Positions 9,295 through 18,869 of a DNA stretch of 64,000 nt are shown here, in pieces (the stretch's first letter is position 1; every line of letters starts with the position of its first letter). This stretch comes from Eubacteriales bacterium (GTDB lineage: Bacteria > Bacillota > Clostridia > Oscillospirales > JAAYXM01): the NCBI GenBank assembly GCA_045595605.1, contig JAZOAS010000149.1:5462-69461 (forward strand), read 5' to 3'. Below the pieces are notes generated by a model. The model made no database searches. It saw only the letters and a program-made list of their open reading frames with translations, and was not told where the DNA came from. A program made the position numbers and the translations under genes.

Positions 9295-9777
9295 ATGAAA
9301 AAAATTATTTTTTTACTTCTCGCGAGCTGCCTTTTGCTGACCGGCTGCGGTGAGGAGACAGGCACTACCGACGCCGGTGCATCCATGGCCCAGAACCAGC
9401 AGACAATGGCAAAATATTCTGACGATAACTTGAGCTTTGACATCCCCGAATCGTGGCAGAAAAACTTTAAAGCCGTAACGCGCGATGTCGGTTCGTCCGG
9501 TAACACCTACCCGCAGACCGACTTCTACTATACCGAGGGCGACCGCGACATCCGCCTTATGACAGTCGGAAAGTTTACGCGCGACCAGTGGGACAAGATG
9601 ATGAGCGACGGCAAGGTTTCAGATTCTGCAATGCTCGGTGAGTCGGGCGACAAGAAGCATGTCTATTCTATCTTCTATGAGGACCACGACTATATAGAGG
9701 ATAATATGCTCAAGGACTCGCTTACCAAGATTCGCGGCGAGGCAGAGGCGATGAGAGATAAGATGATGATAAAGTAG
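9295..9777 (+). CDS. Hypothetical lipoprotein
   Basis: Signal peptide plus lipobox LLLTGC. GGAG lies 10 nt upstream of ATG 9295 (the track start 9286 is a TTG). I recognise no family. Confidence 0.6.
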   Translation: MKKIIFLLLASCLLLTGCGEETGTTDAGASMAQNQQTMAKYSDDNLSFDIPESWQKNFKAVTRDVGSSGNTYPQTDFYYTEGDRDIRLMTVGKFTRDQWDKMMSDGKVSDSAMLGESGDKKHVYSIFYEDHDYIEDNMLKDSLTKIRGEAEAMRDKMMIK

Positions 9778-9848
9778 CGGAATTTGTCGAGCGGTTTTTC
9801 TTCCAAATATTTCCATTTTATGGTAAACTCTTTTTGGAGGGGATTGCA

Positions 9849-10643
9849 ATGACAACAAAACGGGACAAGCTTACAAGGCGCGAGAAGATAGTTTATCTTC
9901 CGCTTTCAAAGATAGAAAGAAACCGCGACCAGCCAAGGCGTCGGTTTGACTCAGAAAGCTTAAACGAGCTCGCCGCAAGCATTCGCGAAAACGGGCTCCT
10001 TCAGCCGATAACCGTACGGCAGGAAGGAAAGAGCTATATGCTCATATCAGGCGAGCGGCGCCTTCGCGCTTCTCACATCGCAGGAATCGACGAAATTCCC
10101 TGTATTATAATAGATGCAGAAAGAGATGAGCTCGCGTCCCTTGCGCTTATCGAGAACTTACAGCGCGACGACCTGAATTTCTTTGAAGAAGCGCTCGGCA
10201 TCTCTCGTTTTATAAAGCTTTCATCCCTTACTCAAGAACAGGCGGCGGAGAAGCTCGGAAAATCGCAGGCATCAATTTCAAACAAGCTCAGGCTTTTAAA
10301 GCTCGGAGACCGCGTCATCTCGTACCTTCTCTCTTTCTCGCTGACAGAGCGCCATGCCCGCGCACTTTTAAAGCTGAAGTCTGAAGAAGCGCGCATTTCG
10401 GCTCTTAATCACATCAAAGAGAACAATCTCAATGTCGTTGAAGCTGAAAGCTATATTGACTCTCTCGTGAATCCGAAAAAGGCAGAGAAGCAAAACGAGC
10501 AGTATGTCATCCGCGATGTGCGCCTCTTTTACAATACGGTTGACCGCGCGCTTGAAACTATGCGCCGTTCAGGGCTAAAGGCCGATTTTTCAAAAGATGA
10601 AGACGAAAACGCGATAAATCTGCAAATCAGGATTTTTAAATGA
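9849..10643 (+). CDS. ParB-family paralogue (Noc/ParB-like nucleoid-associated protein)
   Basis: ParB N-terminal box LPLSKIERNRDQPRRRFD, GLLQPITVR, SGERRLRA, and HTH QEQAAEKLGKSQASISNKLRLLKL. ATG 9849 follows GGAGGGG. Confidence 0.85.
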   Translation: MTTKRDKLTRREKIVYLPLSKIERNRDQPRRRFDSESLNELAASIRENGLLQPITVRQEGKSYMLISGERRLRASHIAGIDEIPCIIIDAERDELASLALIENLQRDDLNFFEEALGISRFIKLSSLTQEQAAEKLGKSQASISNKLRLLKLGDRVISYLLSFSLTERHARALLKLKSEEARISALNHIKENNLNVVEAESYIDSLVNPKKAEKQNEQYVIRDVRLFYNTVDRALETMRRSGLKADFSKDEDENAINLQIRIFK

Positions 10644-10644
10644 A

Positions 10645-10660
10645 TGTTCCATGTGGAACA
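10645..10660. promoter_or_regulatory. parS-like 16-mer TGTTCCATGTGGAACA inside an 11+2+11 palindrome; may also act as the terminator of the ParB-paralogue gene
   Basis: It differs from the Firmicute parS consensus TGTTNCACGTGAAACA at 2 positions and has symmetric TGTTCCA/TGGAACA arms. It starts 2 nt after the stop codon and is followed by TTTT. Confidence 0.45.
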
Positions 10661-10684
10661 TTCATTTTGCGACAAAAAGAGATT

Positions 10685-10700
10685 TGTTCCACATGGAACA
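10685..10700. promoter_or_regulatory. Second parS-like 16-mer TGTTCCACATGGAACA (reverse complement of the first), followed by T7
   Basis: It shares an exact 18-mer (AATGTTCCATGTGGAACA) with site 1 in inverted orientation, 40 bp away. Confidence 0.45.
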
Positions 10701-10782
10701 TTTCTCTTTTTTTGTGTTGCACAAAGGGGAATAAAGTGGTATAATTATACTCAGTAAACTATAATCAGGCGGTGAGAAGTAA

Positions 10783-11553
10783 ATGGCTAAGATTTTTGCT
10801 GTGGCAAACCAGAAGGGCGGAGTCGGAAAGACTACGACCTGTGTTAACCTTGCCGCATCGCTTCATTCGCTTAAAAAACGGGTGCTTCTCGTTGATATGG
10901 ACCCTCAGGGTCATTCGAGCATCGGCTTCGGCGCGAATAAGCGCGACGAGCTCCCGACAGCTTATGACCTTATAATAAACTCCACCCCTATTTCTCACGT
11001 TATACGGAAAACGCCTTACGGCGACCTTCTCCCCGCAAGCACAAACCTTGCCGCGGCTGAAGTTGAACTCGTTTCCGTTGCAAACCGCCACTTTATTCTC
11101 CGCGATGCTCTAAGCGAAGTTGCGGATAAATACGACTTTATCATAATTGACTGCCCGCCGTCGCTCGGTATGTTGACTATCAACTCTCTCTGTGCGGCAA
11201 ACTCGGTTATTGTCCCTGTAGATTGCGGTTTCTACGCGCTCGAAGGTCTTTCCGCGCTCACGGGAACGATGTCAACTATCAAAAAGTCGCTTAATCCCGA
11301 GCTTGACATCGAGGGTGTTCTGCTCACGATGTTTGATTCGAGAACGAACCTTTCAGTGCAAATTGCACAGGAAATCAAGCGTTTCTTTCCAAAAAAGGTC
11401 TTTACTACGACGATTCCGAGAAATGTAAGGCTTGCCGAAGCTCCGAGCCACGGCAAACCCGTTATGGAATATGACCGTCACTCGCGCGGGGCAGAATGTT
11501 ATATGAACCTTGCCGCAGAAATCATCAAGAAACACAAAAAGGAGGCTCTTTAA
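10783..11553 (+). CDS. soj: ParA/Soj chromosome-partitioning ATPase
   Basis: Deviant Walker A MAKIFAVANQKGGVGKTTT and length 256 aa. It lies immediately upstream of parB. Confidence 0.95.
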   Translation: MAKIFAVANQKGGVGKTTTCVNLAASLHSLKKRVLLVDMDPQGHSSIGFGANKRDELPTAYDLIINSTPISHVIRKTPYGDLLPASTNLAAAEVELVSVANRHFILRDALSEVADKYDFIIIDCPPSLGMLTINSLCAANSVIVPVDCGFYALEGLSALTGTMSTIKKSLNPELDIEGVLLTMFDSRTNLSVQIAQEIKRFFPKKVFTTTIPRNVRLAEAPSHGKPVMEYDRHSRGAECYMNLAAEIIKKHKKEAL

Positions 11554-12420
11554 ATGGCTAAAAAAGGGCTTGGCAAAGGGCTTGACGCCTTATTTGTAAG
11601 CGATCTCAACGCGACCTCCGAAATCTCCGAACAGCCTAAAGAAACCGAAATCAGAATTACCGATATCGACCCGAACAAAGCTCAGCCGAGAAAGCTTTTC
11701 TTCGACGATTCACTCGAAGAGCTTGCAGAATCCATAAGAACTCACGGAATATTGCAGCCTCTCGCTCTTCGTCGCCGCGAAAACGGAAGATACCAGATTA
11801 TCGCGGGTGAGCGCCGCTTCCGCGCCGCAAAGCGCGCAGGGCTCAGCTCTGTTCCCGCCGTTATAATTGAAGCTGACGACCGCGAGGTTGCTGAGCTTGC
11901 GCTTATCGAGAACTTACAGCGCGAGGACTTAAACCCCGTCGAAGAAGCAGAGGGAATCAAAGCTCTGCTCGATGAATATAATCTCACACAGGAGCAGGCG
12001 GCAGAACGCCTTGGAAAATCCCGTTCAACGCTCACGAATATGCTCCGTCTCCTCGCTCTCTCCCCCGGCGCGCTTGCTTATCTCCGCGAAGGCAAGATTG
12101 AGCGCGGTCACGCAAAGGTTTTACTTGCGCTTGACCCCGAAAAGCAAGAGGAGGCCGCCGCAATAGTTTATGACAACAGCCTCAATGTCCGTCAGACCGA
12201 GGCTCTTGTAAAAAAGCTCTCAGCAAGCGAGGCTACACCGACGAAGGATGCGGAAACCGTAGCGGTTGACTATATCGCGGCTCTTGAGCGCGACCTCACA
12301 AAGTCGCTTGGCAGAAAGGTTCGCGTGCATCACGGTAAGCGCCGCGGAAAGCTTGAGCTTGAATATTACGGAAACGACGATTTGGAGCTTCTTATCAAAG
12401 CTCTCGGCCGCATAAAGTAG
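11554..12420 (+). CDS. spo0J: ParB/Spo0J chromosome-partitioning protein
   Basis: GLGKGLDAL N-terminus, ParB boxes GILQPLALRR and AGERRFRAA, HTH QEQAAERLGKSRSTLTNMLRLL. Confidence 0.95.
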   Translation: MAKKGLGKGLDALFVSDLNATSEISEQPKETEIRITDIDPNKAQPRKLFFDDSLEELAESIRTHGILQPLALRRRENGRYQIIAGERRFRAAKRAGLSSVPAVIIEADDREVAELALIENLQREDLNPVEEAEGIKALLDEYNLTQEQAAERLGKSRSTLTNMLRLLALSPGALAYLREGKIERGHAKVLLALDPEKQEEAAAIVYDNSLNVRQTEALVKKLSASEATPTKDAETVAVDYIAALERDLTKSLGRKVRVHHGKRRGKLELEYYGNDDLELLIKALGRIK

Positions 12421-12430
12421 GAGGCTTCCC

Positions 12431-12874
12431 ATGAACGAAACTCAGAAGAATACGAAGCGCTCGCTTGTGATATACTGCATCTCGATTTTTATCTGTGCAG
12501 TTGCTATCATCCTTCTCGCTTCTTTCTCGCAGGCAAGAATTACCCGCGAAGCTGACGCTATAAAAGATAGGCTTGCATCAGCCGAAACCCTTGCCGCAGA
12601 CAGCAAAACCCGTCTTGACGCGGTTATGACCGAAAACACACGCCTTACAGACAAAGTAAAGGCCCTCACAACAGAGAACGACGACCTGAAAATTTACAAA
12701 GAAAAGGCTTCAAAGCACCTTGAGGCAGAGAAAAAGCTCAACCATCTTCTCTCCTTAAAATTGCAGAAGAAGACAAACTCACTAAAAATCGCAAAAAAGG
12801 CATTCGACGAGGCAGGATATGTTGATTTCCTCTCTCCCGACAGCCTTACAGTATATAATAATTACATCAAATAA
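12431..12874 (+). CDS. Membrane-anchored coiled-coil protein downstream of spo0J
   Basis: One N-terminal TM (LVIYCISIFICAVAIILLASF) followed by heptad-rich sequence. It starts 10 nt after parB. Family not recognised with certainty. Confidence 0.6.
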   Translation: MNETQKNTKRSLVIYCISIFICAVAIILLASFSQARITREADAIKDRLASAETLAADSKTRLDAVMTENTRLTDKVKALTTENDDLKIYKEKASKHLEAEKKLNHLLSLKLQKKTNSLKIAKKAFDEAGYVDFLSPDSLTVYNNYIK

Positions 12875-12890
12875 AGGAAAGTGAACAAAA

Positions 12891-14168
12891 ATGCTCGATA
12901 TTAAAGTAATCAGAGACAATCCGGAAAAAGTCAAAGCGGCTCTCAACCGCCGTTGTAAAGACTATTCTGCAGAGGTTGACCGCGTCCTTGAGCTTGATAC
13001 CCGCCGTCGCGAAATCATCGGCAAGAGCGAGGCTATCAAGGCTACTCAGAACGCTGAAAGCAAGAAGATTCCGCTTCTCAAGAAGGCGGGAGAGGACACA
13101 ACAGCTATCTTCGCTGAGCTTAAAAAGCTTGCAGACGAAATCAAGGAGCTTGAAGGCGAGCTCAAAACTGTTGAAGACGAGCTCAACACAGCTCTCCTCG
13201 TTATCCCGAACACTCCGAATGACTCTATCCCCGACGGCCCCGACTCTGACTCAAATGTCGAGATAAGACGCGACGGAACTCCGCGCAAGTTTGACTTCGA
13301 GCCGCAGGCTCACTGGGATATCGGCGAGAACCTCGGAATCCTCGACCCGACTACTGCCGCAAAGGTTACGGGCGCTCGCTTCCACTTCTATAAGGGCGCA
13401 GGCGCGGCTCTTGAGCGCGCAGTCATCAACTTCTACCTCGATACACACACAAGCCGCGGATATACCGAAGTTTTCCCGCCGTTTATGGTAAACCGCGCAT
13501 CTATGACAGGTACAGGTCAGCTTCCGAAGTTCGAGGAGGACGCTTTCCACCTCGGCCGCGAGGATTACTTCCTCATCCCGACAGCTGAAGTTCCGGTTAC
13601 CAATATGCACCGCAGCGACATCCTTGACGGCGAGAACCTTCCGATAAAGTACTGCGCATACTCCGCTTGCTTCCGTGCAGAAGCAGGAAGCGCGGGTCGC
13701 GACACTCGCGGTCTTATCCGTCAGCACCAGTTCAACAAGGTTGAGCTTGTTAAGTTTGCTAACCCCGCAAACTCATACGATGAGCTTGAGTCTCTCACAA
13801 ACGATGCTGAGTTCGTCCTTAAGTCTCTCGGACTTCCCTACCGCGTTGTATGCCTCTGCGCAGGTGACCTCGGCTTCTCCTCTGCTATGACATATGACAT
13901 CGAAGTATGGATGCCGTCATACGACAGATACCTTGAAATCTCCTCTTGTTCAAACTTTGAGGACTACCAGGCTCGCCGCGCATCTATCCGCTTCAGGGAA
14001 GAGGCAGGCGCAAAGCCCCAGCTTCTCCATACGCTCAACGGTTCAGGCGTTGCTATCGGCAGAACGGTTGCAGCTATCCTCGAAAACTACCAGAACGCTG
14101 ACGGCTCCGTTACTATTCCTGAAGTCCTCCGCAAGTACATGGGCGGCAGAGAAAAGATCGAAAAGTAA
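12891..14168 (+). CDS. serS: Seryl-tRNA synthetase
   Basis: [16 protein letters not shown]-terminal coiled-coil arm and class II motifs ([30 protein letters not shown]). Confidence 0.97.
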   Translation: MLDIKVIRDNPEKVKAALNRRCKDYSAEVDRVLELDTRRREIIGKSEAIKATQNAESKKIPLLKKAGEDTTAIFAELKKLADEIKELEGELKTVEDELNTALLVIPNTPNDSIPDGPDSDSNVEIRRDGTPRKFDFEPQAHWDIGENLGILDPTTAAKVTGARFHFYKGAGAALERAVINFYLDTHTSRGYTEVFPPFMVNRASMTGTGQLPKFEEDAFHLGREDYFLIPTAEVPVTNMHRSDILDGENLPIKYCAYSACFRAEAGSAGRDTRGLIRQHQFNKVELVKFANPANSYDELESLTNDAEFVLKSLGLPYRVVCLCAGDLGFSSAMTYDIEVWMPSYDRYLEISSCSNFEDYQARRASIRFREEAGAKPQLLHTLNGSGVAIGRTVAAILENYQNADGSVTIPEVLRKYMGGREKIEK

Positions 14169-14205
14169 TTACAATTCGTATAATTAGTATAACATAATAC
14201 GGTTT

Positions 14206-14245
14206 ATAATCAGAAACACCGCCAATCGGCGGTGTTTCTGATTAT
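14206..14245. repeat. Perfect 18-bp-stem palindrome (ATAATCAGAAACACCGCC-aatc-GGCGGTGTTTCTGATTAT) with no flanking T-run
   Basis: Read directly. CGGTTTAT occurs on both sides, at 14200..14207 and 14252..14259. Confidence 0.6.
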
Positions 14246-14268
14246 ATTAGTCGGTTTATCTCTTATCT

Positions 14269-14299
14269 AAAAAAGCACCGCCGAAGCGGTGCTTTTTTT
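14269..14299. terminator. Bidirectional terminator between serS and potD
   Basis: A6-GCACCGC-cgaa-GCGGTGC-T7. Confidence 0.75.
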
Positions 14300-15326
14300 A
14301 ACCCATACTTGCCTTAATCTCTGTCCAGAGCTCGTCGTAAATCTTTGTTTTCTCGCCGAGAGAAGAGAAGATTTCAAGGTCGTACTTTGTTACATCGGGG
14401 TATGCTGTCGGGTCTTTTCCTGCCTCGCCCATAAGCTCGCGCGCCGGAGTTGACGGTGAGGAGTAGCCGATGTACTCAGCATTCTTTGCCGCGATGTCCG
14501 GGCGGCACATAAAGTTTATAAACTTCTCAGCAGCTGCCTTGTTCTTGCAGTTTGCCGGAATACACATCGAATCGAAGAAGATGTTTGAGCCTTCCTTCGG
14601 GATTACATACTCAAGGTCTTCGTTATAGCCCTTGCAGTAAACCGCGTCACCCGCATACACGAGCGCAAGCGCCGCTTCCCCGCCTATCATCTTGTCCTTT
14701 ACCTCATCTACTACCCAGGTGAGAACGAGCGGACACTGGTCGATAAGCTTCTGCTTTGCTTCAGAAAGCGCCTTTTCTTCAAGAGTGTTTAAGCTGTATC
14801 CGAGATACTTGAGCGCAATACCGATAGCGTCGCGCTGGCTGTTCATCATGATGATGTTCTTTTCGTACTTACTATCCCACAAAGCACCCCAGCTGTCAAT
14901 CGGGCCGTCAACCATCGTCTTATTATAAAGGATACCGACGGTTCCCCATGTATAAGGGACGGAAAACTTGTTTTCGGGGTCGAATGAGAGGTTCTTATAC
15001 GCATCGTCTATCGCCGAGTAGTTTGTGATGTTCGCAAAATCAATCGGCGCGAGAAGGTCCTCTTCAATCATTCTCTCAATCATATAGTCCGACGGGATGA
15101 GGACATCGTATGCGTTGTTTGAGTTTTTGACTTTTGTGTACATATCCTCGTTTGTCTCGAACATCTCGTATATAACGCGGATATTCTCCTCTTCCTCGAA
15201 CTGGTCGATTACGCCCGGAGCAATATAGTCGCCCCAGTTATAAACCCTTACAACCTCGCGGTCATCACCGCAGGATGAAAGAAGAAGGCACATTACCGCA
15301 AGAAACGCAAGAAGAACTTTTTTCAT
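14298..15326 (-). CDS. potD: Spermidine/putrescine ABC transporter substrate-binding lipoprotein
   Basis: Lipobox LLLSSCG, PotD-like sequence, last gene of the potABCD order. Confidence 0.9.
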   Translation of the reverse strand: MKKVLLAFLAVMCLLLSSCGDDREVVRVYNWGDYIAPGVIDQFEEEENIRVIYEMFETNEDMYTKVKNSNNAYDVLIPSDYMIERMIEEDLLAPIDFANITNYSAIDDAYKNLSFDPENKFSVPYTWGTVGILYNKTMVDGPIDSWGALWDSKYEKNIIMMNSQRDAIGIALKYLGYSLNTLEEKALSEAKQKLIDQCPLVLTWVVDEVKDKMIGGEAALALVYAGDAVYCKGYNEDLEYVIPKEGSNIFFDSMCIPANCKNKAAAEKFINFMCRPDIAAKNAEYIGYSSPSTPARELMGEAGKDPTAYPDVTKYDLEIFSSLGEKTKIYDELWTEIKASMG

Positions 15327-16114
15327 ATTCTTATCCCCTTTTTCTTTTCTTTTTCTTTCTTTACTGCTCCGAAGTTTGCAAGAAGCAGAATTACAAAGAT
15401 AACTGTGAACATAATGGTCGAAAGCGCGTTGATTTCAGGCTTTATTCCCCTCTTTGCCATTGTGTATATTGAGATTGAGAGGTTGCTTACGCCGTTTCCG
15501 GTCGTAAAGAAGCTTATGATAAAGTCGTCAATCGACATTGTAAGCGCAAGCAGAAAGCCTGTTCCGATACCCGGCAGAAGCTCCGGGAAAATAACCCGCC
15601 AAAACGAGTTCCACGGCGTACAGCCGAGGTCCTGAGCCGCATCGTACAAGCTCCAGTCAAGCTGGCGAACTTTCGGGAGCACGCTTAGTATTACATAAGG
15701 AATACAGAAGGTTATGTGCGAAATCAGCATCGTGAAGAAGCCAAGGTCAAGCCCCATAAGCGTAAACAAGAGCATGAGCGAGACGCCCGTAACGATTTCC
15801 GCATTTAGCATCGGGATGTACGCAAGCGAGAGGACGATTGACCCGCCGCGAGAACCGCGCATACCAAGTCCGTACGCCGCCATAGAGCCGATAACCGTCG
15901 CAATAAGTGCGGCAAGAAGACCGCAGAGGAGTGTGGTATAGAGCGCTGACATAATCGCATCGTTTGAGAAGAGCTGACGGTACCAGTCGAGCGTAAAGCC
16001 CTTCCAGACAGCGCGTGACTTTGACTCGTTGAACGAATAGACCATAAGAACAGCTATCGGAGCATACAAAAACGCAAGAACGAGACCGATGTAAACCTTT
16101 GAAAGCTTTTTCAT
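15323..16114 (-). CDS. potC: Spermidine/putrescine ABC transporter permease
   Basis: 6-TM MalFG-type permease with a 4-nt overlap to each neighbour. Confidence 0.9.
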   Translation of the reverse strand: MKKLSKVYIGLVLAFLYAPIAVLMVYSFNESKSRAVWKGFTLDWYRQLFSNDAIMSALYTTLLCGLLAALIATVIGSMAAYGLGMRGSRGGSIVLSLAYIPMLNAEIVTGVSLMLLFTLMGLDLGFFTMLISHITFCIPYVILSVLPKVRQLDWSLYDAAQDLGCTPWNSFWRVIFPELLPGIGTGFLLALTMSIDDFIISFFTTGNGVSNLSISIYTMAKRGIKPEINALSTIMFTVIFVILLLANFGAVKKEKEKKKGIRI

Positions 16115-16944
16115 CGCAAAATTCTACCCCCGTTCCCTGTGTTTTCAACATCTCCGCGGTTTATAAAGTACATAAACGCAAGAACGATTACCATTATAAT
16201 AACGCTTATCGCGCTACCGAAGTGCCAATCGTTGACCACGCGGAACTGCTGTTCAATAATATCGCCGATGAGCGGAACTTTTCCGCCGCCCATGAGCTGA
16301 GAGATTACGAAGGTCGTAACGCTCGGAACGAAAACCATGGCAATTCCCGAAAGAATACCCGGAATTGAGAACGGAAGCGTTACTTTGATAAACGCCTGAA
16401 CACTGTTCGCACCAAGGTCAGCCGCCGCCTCAAGAAGACTCGTATCAAGCTTCAAGAGCGTAATATATATCGGCATTATCATAAACGGGATATAGTTATA
16501 GACCGTTCCGAGAATAACCGCGCCCTCGTTATAGAGGAAATGAACCTTCTTAAAGCCGAGGCTTGTTATAACCGTATTAATAAGGCCTGTATTCTCGAGA
16601 ATTGAGAGCCAGGAGTATGTACGGAGGAGAAAATTCATCCACATCGGAAGGAGAATGAGGATAATTATTATGAAATTGTATCTCGATTTGCTCCTTGCGA
16701 GGATGTATGCGACGGGATAGCCGCAGAGAATGCAGATTATCGTAGAAACAATCGCAATCTTAAAGCTTCGGAGAAGAACACCCGCATACATCGGGTCAAG
16801 AAGCCTTGTGAACGATTCTACCGTCAGGGCAAAGCCCGCATCGGTCTCTTTCGTGAACGCGAAATAGAAAACTATCGCAAGCGGAAAAAGGATAAACACC
16901 GCTGTCCATACATAAAGCGGAATCAAAAATACAGTCTTTTTCAA
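16111..16944 (-). CDS. potB: Spermidine/putrescine ABC transporter permease
   Basis: MalFG-type permease with EAA-like loop LEAAADLGAN. Confidence 0.9.
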   Translation of the reverse strand: MKKTVFLIPLYVWTAVFILFPLAIVFYFAFTKETDAGFALTVESFTRLLDPMYAGVLLRSFKIAIVSTIICILCGYPVAYILARSKSRYNFIIIILILLPMWMNFLLRTYSWLSILENTGLINTVITSLGFKKVHFLYNEGAVILGTVYNYIPFMIMPIYITLLKLDTSLLEAAADLGANSVQAFIKVTLPFSIPGILSGIAMVFVPSVTTFVISQLMGGGKVPLIGDIIEQQFRVVNDWHFGSAISVIIMVIVLAFMYFINRGDVENTGNGGRILR

Positions 16945-18047
16945 TTCTCAACCCCCGCTTCTTCCGTATGAACCGGCTTTTCAACCTTTTTCTTCAAATC
17001 AGGCGAATTTTCGCTCTTGTGCATAACCTGAATGTCCTCGGGAGCTACGCGAAGCGATACACGGCTTCCCGGCGGGCAGTTTACGGTAGATTGCGCGAGG
17101 ATAATCTCGCCGTGGCAGTCAACGCGCATTTCATAGTGAACGCCCTTGAATATGGACGATACAACCTCGCCGCACGGATACTCCGCAGAGAGCGCTGAGA
17201 GCTTGACATCCTCGGGTCGCAAAACGACATCAACCGGCGCATTTTCGCCAAAGCCCGCGTCAACACACGGGAAGATATGGTCGAGGAACGAAACCTCGTA
17301 ATCTCGAATCATCTTCGCGGGGAGGATGTTGCTGTCGCCGATAAAGTCTGCAACGAAAGCGTTTTTCGGCTCGTTGTAGATGTCCTGGGGCGTGCCTATC
17401 TGCTGAATCTTACCGCCGTTCATGACAACGATAGTGTCAGACATGGTATGCGCTTCCTCCTGGTCGTGAGTGACATAAACAAAGGTAATTCCGCTTTCCT
17501 GCTGAATTCTTTTCAGCTCAATCTGCATCTCCTTGCGAAGCTTTAAGTCAAGCGCGCCGAGAGGCTCGTCGAGAAGAAGAATATCAGGCTTGTTGATGAG
17601 CGCGCGCGCTACTGCAACGCGCTGCTGCTGACCGCCCGAGAGCGTCGTGACATCGCGGTCACGGAAGCCTTTTAAGCTCACAAGCTCGAGCATCTCGTCA
17701 ACATCGCGGTCAATTTTCTTCTTATCCCACTTCTTTATATTCGGACCAAAGGCGATATTCTCGCCTACCGTCATCTTCGGGAAAAGGGCATAGCGCTGGA
17801 AAACGGTGTTGATGTTTCTCTTATGGGGCGGGACATCGTTGATGCACTTGCCCTGATAAAAGACATTTCCCTCACTCGGCTTCAAAAAGCCGCCGATGAT
17901 GCGGAGAAGCGTGGTCTTACCGCAACCGGAAGGGCCGAGAAGCGTAAGAAACTCGTTCTTCTCAATATAGAGATTTATCCCGTTTAAAACATCCATACCG
18001 TCAAAGGTTTTATAAATGCCCGAAAGCTCAAGAATTCTTTCTCCCAT
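16941..18047 (-). CDS. potA: Spermidine/putrescine ABC transporter ATP-binding protein
   Basis: [30 protein letters not shown], and a C-terminal TOBE-like domain. Confidence 0.92.
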   Translation of the reverse strand: MGERILELSGIYKTFDGMDVLNGINLYIEKNEFLTLLGPSGCGKTTLLRIIGGFLKPSEGNVFYQGKCINDVPPHKRNINTVFQRYALFPKMTVGENIAFGPNIKKWDKKKIDRDVDEMLELVSLKGFRDRDVTTLSGGQQQRVAVARALINKPDILLLDEPLGALDLKLRKEMQIELKRIQQESGITFVYVTHDQEEAHTMSDTIVVMNGGKIQQIGTPQDIYNEPKNAFVADFIGDSNILPAKMIRDYEVSFLDHIFPCVDAGFGENAPVDVVLRPEDVKLSALSAEYPCGEVVSSIFKGVHYEMRVDCHGEIILAQSTVNCPPGSRVSLRVAPEDIQVMHKSENSPDLKKKVEKPVHTEEAGVEN

Positions 18048-18098
18048 CTCAATCTCCTATATATAACAAAAAGTTTAGTATAAGTGTTCTTTTAAGGC

Positions 18099-18641
18099 TT
18101 AAAAATTAGGCGGCGAAGAAACCCAGATTATCTGCGCTGTCGATTTGCCGCGGTTTTTTATGCTGTGCTGTTTGTCGGCCGCGAAATAAAACGCGTCGCC
18201 CTTTCTGAGCTTCTCGGTTTTCATACCGAGGCGGAGAGTAATCGTCCCCGAAAGGACATACCCGAACTCCTCGCCCGCGTGGGGCATATCAACCGGCGTT
18301 TCCTGACCGGGAAGTATCTCGTATAAAATCGGCTCCATTTCGTTTCTCTGCGCCGTTGAGACAAGCCAGGTTCTCTTTCCCGTTTCGTCTTCCTTTTCGC
18401 ACATATCCTCGCTCTTATACACAACCGGCGTAGAATCCCCCGTCTGAGCGAAGAACTCTTCAAACGAAGTACCGAGCGCATCGAAGATATCCGAGAGCGT
18501 CGCAAGGCTCGGCGAGGTCTGGTTTGATTCAAGCTGAGAAATAAAGCCCTTTGAAAGCTCACAGCGGTCTGCAAGCTCCTGCTGGGTGAGGCCGTAATAA
18601 AGCCTTAAAAGCTTTATTCTGCCACCGATATCAATATTCAT
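18099..18641 (-). CDS. XRE-HTH / cupin-domain transcriptional regulator (PuuR-like)
   Basis: HTH GRIKLLRLYYGLTQQELADRCELSKGFISQLE plus a C-terminal cupin (GEEFGYVLSG...GDAFYF). I prefer ATG 18641 (AAAGGTGA SD) over the track start 18677. Confidence 0.8.
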   Translation of the reverse strand: MNIDIGGRIKLLRLYYGLTQQELADRCELSKGFISQLESNQTSPSLATLSDIFDALGTSFEEFFAQTGDSTPVVYKSEDMCEKEDETGKRTWLVSTAQRNEMEPILYEILPGQETPVDMPHAGEEFGYVLSGTITLRLGMKTEKLRKGDAFYFAADKQHSIKNRGKSTAQIIWVSSPPNF

Positions 18642-18770
18642 AAAAATCACCTTTTTCAAAACGGCAAAAACCCACATCGCAAAGCTTCTTTTGCGGTGGG
18701 TTTATCTGCGTTTATTTCCCCCTCGACGAGGTTTCGTAAAAATAAACTTTATGTTTGATATTAGAGTTAC

Positions 18771-18799
18771 AATATAACATATATATACGGATTTGTCAA
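18771..18799 (-). promoter_or_regulatory. Sigma-A-type promoter for the XRE-cupin/pot operon
   Basis: Minus strand TTGACA (18799..18794), 17-nt spacer, TATATT (18776..18771). Confidence 0.55.
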
Positions 18800-18869
18800 T
18801 AGGTTTTCGATATTTTTCGCGCCGGAGATGGAAGATTTTCATTTTCAAAAATTCTTAATTTGTATGTCC

